Positions 20,301-28,320 of a stretch of DNA of 64,000 nucleotides are shown here, in pieces. The number at the start of each line of letters is the position of its first letter. Position 1 is the stretch's first letter. The notes below the pieces were generated by a model that was not told the DNA's origin, made no database searches, and saw only the letters and a program-made list of their open reading frames with translations. The stretch is taken from contig CAWHAZ010000004.1 of NCBI GenBank assembly GCA_963827475.1, positions 128,001-192,000 on the forward strand, in the 5' to 3' direction. Origin of the DNA: an uncultured Chloroflexia bacterium (lineage in GTDB: Bacteria > Chloroflexota > Limnocylindria > QHBO01). The position numbers were made by a program, and so were the translations under genes.

Positions 20301-21800
20301 CCGACCACGGGCGGCGCGCACGGCCCGTGAAGCCGCAGCGGCGGTCGCAGCCGCGGCCACGGCCTCCGGGTCCGGTTCCGCATCGCCGGCCGGGCGCGGC
20401 GCGGGCTTGAGCGCCTGCCAGCTGATCCACCCCAGGAGGAGGAGGGAGCTGAACGAGAGCAGCCACACCCCCCACTGGGTGAAGAACACGGCCGCCATCA
20501 GCGGGTCGCGGTCGAACGGCTCGCCGCCAGTCCCCGGGGCGATGGGCGGCAGCCCGGCGTACGACCAGTCGTGCGAGTAGACCCAGTACACGTTCAGGAA
20601 GAACAGCGCGGACAGGCCGACGTAGGCCACCGCCCAGCGAACCGCGGTCCCGACCATCGGGGCGGCGAGGGCCAGGGCGGGGAAGAGGTAGCGCTCGTGG
20701 ACGCGGGTCGGCAGGGCGAAGAAGGCGACCGCCATGGTCAGGGCGCCGAGCAGCAGGCCGGTCATGTCGTCCCGCCGCGCGACGGCGACCAGGGCCAGGA
20801 CCGCGGCCAGGCCGAACAGGAACACGCCAACCATGGCCGTGGTCACGCCGGCACCGTCGCCGCCGACCGTGAAAACGACGGTCTGGTCGCTCCCCCACTG
20901 CTGGACATCCCAGATGCCGGTGAACGGGTTCCGCCACCAGTTCAGGGCGTTGATCGACAGACCCTTGTACGTCTGGGTGGCGGCCAGGAACTTGTCGATG
21001 ATCCCGGTCGCCGGGTCGCCGGTGGGCAGGATCCGCATCCCGAACGGGAACAGGACGAGGACCATCGTCCCGAAGCTGGCCGCCGCCGAGCTGAGGATGC
21101 GGACCGGGTCCGGCCGGGACGCCAGGGCCGGGTCGGACGACCGGCCGAACAGGTGTCGCTTCAGGCCGACCACCAGCACGATGGGGATGAGCCAGCCGAA
21201 CTGGAACTTGATGAGCAGGGCGAGCACGGCGGCGACCCCGGCCGCCTCGGTCCAGCCGCGGCCGAGGGCGTAGAGCCCCGCCAGGAGCACGAACGCGCCG
21301 ACGGCGTCCATCTGTCCCCAGACCGCGGAGTTGAACACGGTCCCGGGGTTGAACAGGTAGACCGCTGCCCCGATCAGGCCGATCCGGGCCCCGGACCCCA
21401 GCCAGCGGACCGGCGGATGGTCGCCCAGGAACCGGGTGCCGATGAGGTAGATCAGCCACGCCACGCCGATGTCGGCGACCATCCCCGGCACCTTGACCAG
21501 GGGCCGGATGGGCGAGATGCCGGTGATCGGCTCGAAGAACTTCGCGATCTCGCCGAGGCCCCACAGGACGTACATGTAGGCCGGGGGGTAATCGGTGAAC
21601 ACCCCCGTCTCGTAGAATCCGGCCGGCCCGACCGCCGCCATGCGCACGGCCCAGGCGGAGAACGAGGCCATGTCGTTGCGGAAGCCCGACTGCGGGAGCA
21701 GGACGTAGGCCACGAACAGGCGCAGCGCAAAGCCGGCGACGAGGAGGATGAGGAGCGTGCCGAACGGATCGAGAAGTCGTCTGCGGCCGGCGCTCGACAA
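17202..21800 (-). CDS. 1532-aa fusion of two GT-C glycosyltransferases (N-terminal GT87/Gpi18-like; C-terminal protein O-mannosyltransferase-like with large extracellular insertion)
   Basis: DYPPAY, NSAVWGQMDA, PTRVHERYLFP; then FDEVYH, HPMLAK, SRIAMNDIF, SKWVG, SPWWSWPL, GNPALFW, TFQYHYL. Confidence 0.85.
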   Translation of the reverse strand: MSSAGRRRLLDPFGTLLILLVAGFALRLFVAYVLLPQSGFRNDMASFSAWAVRMAAVGPAGFYETGVFTDYPPAYMYVLWGLGEIAKFFEPITGISPIRPLVKVPGMVADIGVAWLIYLIGTRFLGDHPPVRWLGSGARIGLIGAAVYLFNPGTVFNSAVWGQMDAVGAFVLLAGLYALGRGWTEAAGVAAVLALLIKFQFGWLIPIVLVVGLKRHLFGRSSDPALASRPDPVRILSSAAASFGTMVLVLFPFGMRILPTGDPATGIIDKFLAATQTYKGLSINALNWWRNPFTGIWDVQQWGSDQTVVFTVGGDGAGVTTAMVGVFLFGLAAVLALVAVARRDDMTGLLLGALTMAVAFFALPTRVHERYLFPALALAAPMVGTAVRWAVAYVGLSALFFLNVYWVYSHDWSYAGLPPIAPGTGGEPFDRDPLMAAVFFTQWGVWLLSFSSLLLLGWISWQALKPAPRPAGDAEPDPEAVAAAATAAAASRAVRAARGRAGWRWLRQDPISEAERAPPRRLDWLDLGLVVGIVLLALVVRLWRLDLPRQMIFDEVYHARTAADYLSDWQWGWNRDPYEWTHPMLAKYLIAAGIAVADPNRPDGTIELDATATSLAVAPQRTSLGWPTSIVFTSDGSERIEARDAASGVLLADWEAADRVTTLVFDADTRRLLVGLRADGTIATFDLTAFLTREGPRAPPPEGVGIGTGMDGVQEIVAPLNEPVLVVRGPDEVAVFERVTGVELVRREIVADAISYVVAVGGDTPVTARVLVLDVDAATVQTLDATTLATESSESLPSTPLGPMMTSGRGTSQLTWVPVGPLAETDEHPATTGGITVLRGGEITPDDTIPLPGPATALGWDSVANLVHVAGEGAVWVIEPHGDGRSGFGVYDQVVISGVPTVMGFDISDYSQSDDHGRLIVATEADPPELVRIDVSQNAFAWRFAATVFGALLAGLVYLLTALLFHRRSIAILAGVFVAIDLMSFAMSRIAMNDIFVAVFIVAGYALFWPIWGGRWRRSAWFILPLVGVMIGLAAGSKWVGWYALIGLWFLVLLRSQLGRFLVVAATGFATFAIGFEAPWPFFVIMIAALALAVAVAWVKPVRLEPAELWAVPATLLVVGAIGLAFAIGFQTLDCGEGGCREPRNLVELGFGILFRGIEAWWPAVIALVITAVLLVLRAVRSLRRPASDSRWYMPSEMGGFAWPWIFACLVVIPLAVYVATYIPWLNIGHTIAIPNGGVGYGWSLDELHAQMFGYHFGLQAGHVASSPWWSWPLDLKPVWFYSHSFDLNRVAVTYNGGNPALFWASVPAVFACLLLAWRRRSWALLLVAAAFAFQFVPWARVERATFQYHYLTAVLFGFVAIAYVLDEILRDRYLRDYGIAFLVAVAITGLLIYPLNSALAMPDWYINAARTLPPWNYAFQFPNPPQGERPPLISSNPLVLALATFVSLGAASFASFGRDLLQSRWPERFGGSAPAAEGTDQDDRADDDQTDGPEGPEVEPGEELLGEEPAADDDQDGPEDDMGPRPPRDLD

Positions 21801-21827
21801 GGCGGCGGTGAGTATATCGTGGGGTCT

Positions 21828-22583
21828 GTGAACCGACCGACGGCCACCCGGCCGGCCCTCACCTTCTTCTTTCCCGCCTACAACGAAGAAGCGAACATCG
21901 AGCAGACGGTGGCCCGCGCCCTGGCGGACATCGGTCCGTTGGTCGAATCACTCGAGGTGCTGGCCATCGACGACGGCTCGACCGACCGGACGCCGGAGCT
22001 GGCCGACGCACTCGCCGCCGCCGAACCGCGGGTCCGGGTCGTGCACCAGCCCAACCGTGGCTATGGCGGCGCGTTGCAGGCCGGATTCGCGAACGCCGAC
22101 GGCGAGCTCATCTCCTTCTCCGACGGGGACCTCCAGTTCGACCTGGCAGAGCTCAAGCGCCTGCTCGACCGCCTGGCGGACCGATCGCGCCCGGTGGACG
22201 CGGTCATCGGCTACCGGATCAAGCGGCGCGACCCCTTCCATCGGCTGGTCATCGCCAAGACCTACAACGCGATCGTCTCGGTCCTGTTCGGGCTGCGGGT
22301 GCGCGACATCGACTGCGCGATGAAGGTGTTCCGACGCGAGGTGTTCGACGGGCTGCGGCTCGACGCGGAGGGCCCGTTCCTGTCGGCCGAGCTCCTGATC
22401 AAGCTGAACGCGCGGGGGGTGAAGATGGACCAGGTGGGGGTGACCCACTATCCGCGGCTGGCGGGCGAGAACACCGGCGCCAGCTTCCGCAAGATCCTCC
22501 GGACCTTCCGCGACATCTTCAAGCTGCGCTGGAAGCTGTGGACCGACCGGGAGCGCACGTTGGGGACACAGCCCCGGGGCTGA
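21828..22583 (+). CDS. GT2 polyprenyl-phosphate glycosyltransferase (Ppm1/DPM1-like)
   Basis: FFPAYNEE, IDDGSTD, NRGYGGAL, DGDLQFD, DIDCAMK; GTG start 21828. Confidence 0.88.
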   Translation: MNRPTATRPALTFFFPAYNEEANIEQTVARALADIGPLVESLEVLAIDDGSTDRTPELADALAAAEPRVRVVHQPNRGYGGALQAGFANADGELISFSDGDLQFDLAELKRLLDRLADRSRPVDAVIGYRIKRRDPFHRLVIAKTYNAIVSVLFGLRVRDIDCAMKVFRREVFDGLRLDAEGPFLSAELLIKLNARGVKMDQVGVTHYPRLAGENTGASFRKILRTFRDIFKLRWKLWTDRERTLGTQPRG

Positions 22584-22588
22584 CGCCG

Positions 22589-23110
22589 TTACTCGGCGGG
22601 CGGCCGTCCCTCGGTCGGGCCCAGGTCGACATCGAGCGAGTTCACGAAGTCGCGGAAGACCGCCAGCTTCTCGTCGTCCTCGCCGAGCTCCCCGTTCGAC
22701 TCCGGCTCGACCCCGGCCTCGTCGAGGACCCGCTCGTCGACGTAGATCGTCGACCCGGTCCGGATGGCGACCGCGATCGCGTCGGACGTCCGCGAGTCGA
22801 TCTCGGTCTCCCCGCCCTCGGCCGTCTCGAGGTACAGGCGGGCGTGGAACGTCCCGTCGCTGACATGGGTGACGACCACCCGGCTGAGGTTGCCGTGGAC
22901 CGCGCCCAGCACCGACACGAGCAGGTCGTGGGTGAGCGGCCGCTCGGCACTGATCCCCTGGAGGCGCATGGCGATGGCGTTCGCCTCCGACGGACCGATC
23001 CAGATCGGGAGGTATCGGTCCCGCTCGGTCTCCTTGAGGATGACCACGTGCTGGCTGCTGAGGACGTGGACGCGCACGCTCTCAACGACCATCTCGATGA
23101 GCTGGGTCAC
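22589..23110 (-). CDS. Bifunctional nuclease family protein (DUF151)
   Basis: LPIWIGPSEANAI, RPLTHDL, IDSRTSDAIAVA, FRDFVNSL. Confidence 0.9.
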   Translation of the reverse strand: MTQLIEMVVESVRVHVLSSQHVVILKETERDRYLPIWIGPSEANAIAMRLQGISAERPLTHDLLVSVLGAVHGNLSRVVVTHVSDGTFHARLYLETAEGGETEIDSRTSDAIAVAIRTGSTIYVDERVLDEAGVEPESNGELGEDDEKLAVFRDFVNSLDVDLGPTEGRPPAE

Positions 23111-23130
23111 GGGCTCGATTCTAGTGTCTG

Positions 23131-25347
23131 CTACTCGAGGACGACGCGGACGACCCGATCCGGTGTCAGCAGGTAGGCCGCTGGTGGCCCGTCGGCGACG
23201 GAGATGACCTCGAGGCCGAGCACCTCGTCGAGCAGGCCGGCGGCATCTCCCCGCCGTGGGGCCATCCACTGCCGGATGAAGGCACCGTCCGCGCGCTGGA
23301 AGGCGACGATCCGGGCGTTGGCCGCGTCGTAGACGAAGAACAGCTCGCGGTCGATCACCGTTGCCGCGTCGAACAGGGTGTAGTCGAGCCCGTCGCGGAC
23401 CGCGGCGTCGGGCGGGCGGTCCAGCGAGAAGTCCGCCTGCGGCACCGGCGTGCCGAAGTTCACCCGGGTGACGGTCGCGCGATGGAGGAGCCACAGGTTG
23501 GCGTCGGCGCGGAGGTCACGCGCGGCGGCCGGGTCGAGGTCCGGCTCGGCGGTGAGGAACGACTCGGGAGCGTCGGGGAAGACGACCGGGATGACCGGCG
23601 GCGGCGTCCACTTCCAGACCTCCCCGCCTCCCCCGTCGACGGCATACAGGTTGAAGATCTCGAGCGGCGGGAGGTGCTGGAGGGCGGTGAGGAGCGTGCT
23701 TGCGGGATCGAGGGCCTCGATGCTTGCCAGCGGCATCCGGCGCATGACCTGCTCCACCAGGTCGGACCGCCAGGCCTGGCGCTCGCGGTCGACCACCACC
23801 ACGTCGGTGGCCGCGGTGGCGATGAGCCACGGGTCGCCGGCCACCGCGCCGTCGATGGTCTGCCCGGCGCGATAAACCGATACGGCCGCGCCACTCAGCG
23901 GATCGATCCGGAGGATTCGCCCGCGGCCGGTTTCGAGCACCCACAGCGACCCGTCCGAAGCGGCCACCATCCGCTGCGGATCGACGCCGGTGAACGCGGC
24001 CGCCAGGTCGGCGACGGTTGCCAGCTCACGGATGCGCGACACGGAGTACAGCGCGTCGAGGCCGCCATCGAGGCGGATCCGCAGCGGCTCGAGGGCCTCG
24101 GCCGTCACGCCGGCGCCCTCCGCTCGGTCCAGGGCGCCTCCGGCATCGGTGAGCAGGTCGCGAGCCCGCTCGGGATCCCGCTCCACGAGGTCGAGGCCGT
24201 CCACCCGGGCCTCCACCTCCGCCAGGAGGGCCCCGCCCTCCGCGATCGCCTCGCGGGCGATGGCGAGCCGGGGGATGGCCTGGGTGGGATCCGCCGATGG
24301 GTAGTTCGCGACCGTCACCCCAGCCGCGAGGAGGCCGGCCACGGCCAGCATGCCCAGCGCGCCGAGCCGGCGGCGACGGCGAGCCTCGACCGCCTCGGTG
24401 GGGACCACGCGGCGGGGGTAGTCCACCCGGCGGTGAGGCATGAGGGCCGCCAACTGCCCGATCCAAAGCTCGACCGAGCTGCCGACCCGCGACTGGGCGT
24501 GGTCCACCGCCCGATCCGCCCGCCGCAGGGCGCCGCCGACCGCGTCGGCGCCGGGGACCGGGCTGCGGTCGGGCAGGCCGGCGAGGGGGTCGGCAGGGCG
24601 CACCGGCTCCAGCCGATGGGTGGTGGCGGTCAGCGGGATGGCAGTCAGCTCGAGAACGAGCAGGCCGTCGGAGCCCGTCCCGCCCCGCTCGAGGAACAGC
24701 TGGTGCAGGTGCCGCGCGGCCGGCCCGGGTCGCAGTCGGAGGAGCGTCTGGCGCGTGTCCTCCGCCCCGACTGTCTCGGCCAGGTTGCGGCTGACGAGCG
24801 CGACTCGATCCCCATCCGTCAGCTCGCCCGACCACGTTACCGGCTCGATCTCGAGCGCCTCCCCCAGCGACTCGGCCAGTCGCCGGCCGGTCTCGGGCTC
24901 GTCGTCGGCCAGGTGCGGCGGCGGCAGCTCGAAGATCCGCTCGCCGCGGACGATGATCGCCCCCGCCGGGCCGATCCTGGCCACGTGCAGCTCGGCGGCG
25001 CGGATCGCGGCTCCGACCACGCTGATTTCGGCCCCGCGCCCCAGGCCCGCGCGGCCCCGGCCGTGGAACAGGCGACGGTTGGCCTGGGCGAGTGCCCGCG
25101 CAAGGGTGTCCGCCGGGCCGGCGGAGAGGTCGTAGTAGTAGTCGTGCTCGATGGTCTCCAGCGCCTGGCGGGCGGCCCGGACGGTGTTCGGTCCCGCGTT
25201 CGTCAGCTGGGCGAGGAGGTACAGGCTGCCCTTCGTCCGGACCGGGGCGCCGACCGTGGGCTCGTTCAGCCGGACCAGGTCCCGCGCTTCGGTCCCCCGC
25301 TCGGCCTCCGGGACGAGACCGATCTTGGTCGCCAGCCGCTGGCTCAT
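23131..25347 (-). CDS. Single-pass membrane protein: degenerate PP2C-like cytoplasmic domain plus extracellular beta-propeller-like domain
   Basis: PP2C-like strands (ALAQANRRL, LHVARIG, SLG, GDRVALVS) without acidic metal ligands; RRRR + TM; repeated beta blades (LWVLETGRGRILRID, FFVYDAANARIVAF). Confidence 0.65.
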   Translation of the reverse strand: MSQRLATKIGLVPEAERGTEARDLVRLNEPTVGAPVRTKGSLYLLAQLTNAGPNTVRAARQALETIEHDYYYDLSAGPADTLARALAQANRRLFHGRGRAGLGRGAEISVVGAAIRAAELHVARIGPAGAIIVRGERIFELPPPHLADDEPETGRRLAESLGEALEIEPVTWSGELTDGDRVALVSRNLAETVGAEDTRQTLLRLRPGPAARHLHQLFLERGGTGSDGLLVLELTAIPLTATTHRLEPVRPADPLAGLPDRSPVPGADAVGGALRRADRAVDHAQSRVGSSVELWIGQLAALMPHRRVDYPRRVVPTEAVEARRRRRLGALGMLAVAGLLAAGVTVANYPSADPTQAIPRLAIAREAIAEGGALLAEVEARVDGLDLVERDPERARDLLTDAGGALDRAEGAGVTAEALEPLRIRLDGGLDALYSVSRIRELATVADLAAAFTGVDPQRMVAASDGSLWVLETGRGRILRIDPLSGAAVSVYRAGQTIDGAVAGDPWLIATAATDVVVVDRERQAWRSDLVEQVMRRMPLASIEALDPASTLLTALQHLPPLEIFNLYAVDGGGGEVWKWTPPPVIPVVFPDAPESFLTAEPDLDPAAARDLRADANLWLLHRATVTRVNFGTPVPQADFSLDRPPDAAVRDGLDYTLFDAATVIDRELFFVYDAANARIVAFQRADGAFIRQWMAPRRGDAAGLLDEVLGLEVISVADGPPAAYLLTPDRVVRVVLE

Positions 25348-25354
25348 GAATCGC

Positions 25355-25711
25355 TCACTCGGGGGCGGCAGCGCCGGGACGGACGGTCAGGGTCAGGCTC
25401 CGGAGCTCATACAGCGCCCCGGGCCGGCCGCGCTGGCGTTCGTTCACCGCGCGGACCAGCTGGTCGCCGCGCAGCTTCAGCTCGGCGGCGAGGATCGGTT
25501 CGGAGGCCACCACGGTGGCCACCCCGTTGTTCACCGCGGTCAGCCGGCTCCACATACCCTCCGGCGCCAACCCCGCGTCTCCGACCGTCTCCTGCCACGC
25601 CAGGCGCGCCTGGGCCAGGGCCAGCTGCTCCGCGGCTCCGGGGCCCACGCACTGGAGGAGGGCGCGCTGGACCGCGCTGGCGGCTTCCTCGGTGGTCGTG
25701 CGCGTGCCCAT
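25355..25711 (-). CDS. DciA/DUF721 family protein
   Basis: AWQETVG...GVATVVASEPILAAELKL pattern; canonical position after recF. Confidence 0.7.
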   Translation of the reverse strand: MGTRTTTEEAASAVQRALLQCVGPGAAEQLALAQARLAWQETVGDAGLAPEGMWSRLTAVNNGVATVVASEPILAAELKLRGDQLVRAVNERQRGRPGALYELRSLTLTVRPGAAAPE

Positions 25712-25723
25712 CGTGGCCCAGGC

Positions 25724-26909
25724 TCAGGCGACGCGGGAGGCGAGGGCCAGCCGTCCGTCCCCAACGGTCCAGACCGGCACGCGGTGGCGGTGGCGCGCGG
25801 GCAGCAGGCTCGTGTCGGTGATGGTGACCAGGACCTGGCCCCGCTGCCGGAGGAGGTCCAACCCCCGCTCCGAGCGCTCCGGATCCAGCTCGCTGAACAC
25901 GTCGTCGAGGAGGACGATCGGCGCCGGACCGCCACCCTCGGCCAGCAGGTCGGTCTCGGCCAGCTTCAGGGCGATGATGATCGTGCGCTGCTGGCCGCGG
26001 CTGGCGTGGGCGGCGACCGGGAGGCCGCCGAGGGTGATCCCGATGTCGTCGCGCTGCGGGCCGACCAGCGACACCCCGTTCCAGATCTCCTTTTGGCGCA
26101 CGTCCTCCAGCCGGCGTCGGATGGCCGCGGCCAGTCGATCCGGGTCGAGACGGGCCGCGTCGCCGGCGGGCGCCTCGCGCTCCGGCCAGGCGTCCTTCAG
26201 GACGTCGAGGTAGACCAGGCCCACCCGATCGTCCCGCTCGTCGGCGGGGGCGACCGCGTCATGCAGCGGACCGATCAGCCCGGCCAGCTCGTCGACGAGC
26301 GCCAGCCTGGCGGCGGTGACCCGCGCTCCGACCTGGGCCAGCTGCTCGTCCCACACCCCCAGGCTGCCGATGTCGGCCTCCTCGGCACGGATGGCCCGCA
26401 GCAGGGCGTTGCGCTGGGCGAGGACGCGGGCCAGGTCGGCCTGGTCGCGGGCCGCCGCTCGCGACCGCTGGGCGGAGATGGCATCCAGGAAACGCCGCCG
26501 CTCCGACGGCGCGCCGACCAGGAGCAGCATCTCCTCCGGACGGAACAGCACCGCGCGCAGGGTGTCGGCGACCGATGCCTGGCGGCGGGCCACGCCGTTC
26601 ACGGTCAGCCGCCGACGCACGCGCGGGCGGCGCCTCGGCACCGGGCAGGACGAGCTCGATCCGCTGCGGCGCCTCGCTCCCCTCCGCCACGTCCAGCGTG
26701 ACCCGCGCCAGCGGCGCGCCGTGGGAGACGAGGTCCGCGTCACTCCCGGTCCGGTGGGAACGGCCGGAGACGGTGACCCAGATCGACTCCAGCAGGTTGG
26801 TCTTGCCGGCCCCGTTGGGCCCGGCGATGAGGGTCAGCCCGGGGTCCGGCGCGAGCTCGGCGGTGGCGTAGCTCCGAAAGTGGTCGAGCTGGAGTCGGGC
26901 GAGACGCAC
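25724..26909 (-). CDS. recF: DNA replication/repair protein RecF; apparent +1 frameshift near 26625
   Basis: GPNGAGKTNLLES, PSERRRFLD, QRNALL, GPQRDD, ASRGQQR, LLDDVFSELD. Confidence 0.93.
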
Positions 26910-26916
26910 GCCAACA

Positions 26917-28053
26917 TCAGGACGCAGTGCGCACCGGCATGATCACGTGGACGTACTCGTCCTTGCCCACGCCCCGGATGACCCCGGGCGCCAGCGGGCC
27001 GGACAGCTCGAGCACTGCCTCGTCGGCCCCGAGTGCGCCGAGGACATCGGTCAGGTAGCGGGCGTTGAAGGCGATCGTGGTGGGCGACCCCTCCACCGTG
27101 GCGTCCAGCGAGTCGGCGTTGTCGCCGATGTCGACCGCGTGCGCGCTGATCGTCACCCCGGCTGGCTCGCCGTCGGCCCCGCCGACCTCGACCTTGATGA
27201 TGTTCGCCGAGTCGCGGGCGAAGAAGCTCGCCCGCCGGGTGCCCGCCAGGAAGGCCTCGCGGTCCAGGGTGGCGCGGGCCGTCCACGAGTCCTTGGCCGG
27301 GACCACCGGCTCGTAGTTCGGAAACTGGCCCTCGATCAGGCGGCTGACGAGGTCGATGCCCTCCACGTGGAACAGGACCTGGCTGCGATTGGGCGTGATG
27401 GTGATCTCGACCGGCGCCTCGGCGTCGGGCAGGATCCGGACCAGCTCGGCATACGAGCGACCCGGGACCACGATCGTGGTCTCCGCCGCCACCGGCTTGG
27501 CGAGAGTCAGGGTCCGGACCGCGATCCGGTAGTTGTCGGCCGCGGCCAGGGTCATCGTGTCCCCCTCGAGCCGGGTCAGGACCCCGGTCAGGATCGGCCG
27601 CGACTCGTCGGTGGCCGCGGCGAAGACGACCTCTCCGAGTGCTTCGCGCAGGACCCGTGCGTCGACCGAGGTGATCGGCGCCTCGCCGATGGCCCCCACC
27701 ACCGGGAACTCGTCCGCCTCGATGCCCTTGATCGTGGCCCGGCTGCCGCCGCAGGTGACCTTCAGGCTCCGGTCCTTGGGCGACAGCTCGAGCTCGATGG
27801 TCTGGGGTGGGAGTGAGCCGACCAGGTCGGTCAGCAGGCGGGCGGGGACGGTGATCTCGCCACCGGCCTCCACCTTGCCGGGGACCCAGCAGGTGATGCC
27901 GATCTCGAGATTGGTGGCGGTGAGCTTGAGCCCGCCATCCTCGGTCCGAAGGAGGACGTTGGCCAGGACGGGAAGGGTGGCTCGGCTGGCGACCGCCCGG
28001 CTCACGATTCCCAGCCCGCGGGCCAGGTTCTCCTGCATGACGGAGATGTTCAT
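26917..28053 (-). CDS. dnaN: DNA polymerase III beta clamp
   Basis: LPVLANVLL, ATNLE, RPILTGV, SRLIEGQFPNY, IAFNARYL, IMPVR. Confidence 0.97.
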   Translation of the reverse strand: MNISVMQENLARGLGIVSRAVASRATLPVLANVLLRTEDGGLKLTATNLEIGITCWVPGKVEAGGEITVPARLLTDLVGSLPPQTIELELSPKDRSLKVTCGGSRATIKGIEADEFPVVGAIGEAPITSVDARVLREALGEVVFAAATDESRPILTGVLTRLEGDTMTLAAADNYRIAVRTLTLAKPVAAETTIVVPGRSYAELVRILPDAEAPVEITITPNRSQVLFHVEGIDLVSRLIEGQFPNYEPVVPAKDSWTARATLDREAFLAGTRRASFFARDSANIIKVEVGGADGEPAGVTISAHAVDIGDNADSLDATVEGSPTTIAFNARYLTDVLGALGADEAVLELSGPLAPGVIRGVGKDEYVHVIMPVRTAS

Positions 28054-28084
28054 GGACTTCTCAACTACGGTTCCTTGAAGCATA

Positions 28085-28320
28085 GAGATTTCTATCCGTC
28101 GTCTTTCGTCATAGGGGTGTGGAAGGTGTGGACATCAGCCAGAACCGTGCCCGGAACACCGTCTCGGGCCAGTGGGCCGGCTGGGGATGGGCCGTGCGCG
28201 AGCGCGGCCGGACGGTCGAACGGGCGGGGACGAGACCGATGGAAGGGCGTACCCGAGCCTCGTTCAGCCCCGGTCTTGTCCCCCGTCGGTGACCGCCTTG
28301 CGGCCGGTTGTCCACCGTCG
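28085..28320. other. Replication origin oriC (dnaA-dnaN intergenic)
   Basis: Minus strand ATGTCCACA-CCTTCCACA tandem DnaA-box-like sites (28118-28135), CCCC spacer, then TAT GAC GAA..GAC GAC trio-like repeats; TTGTCCACC near 28308. Confidence 0.7.

Noticed and set aside
25724-26909. recF, pimA, ctpA and acnX as pseudogenes
   Set aside because: All motifs are intact on both sides of single-base insertions and the same error type hits prfB; treated as sequence errors
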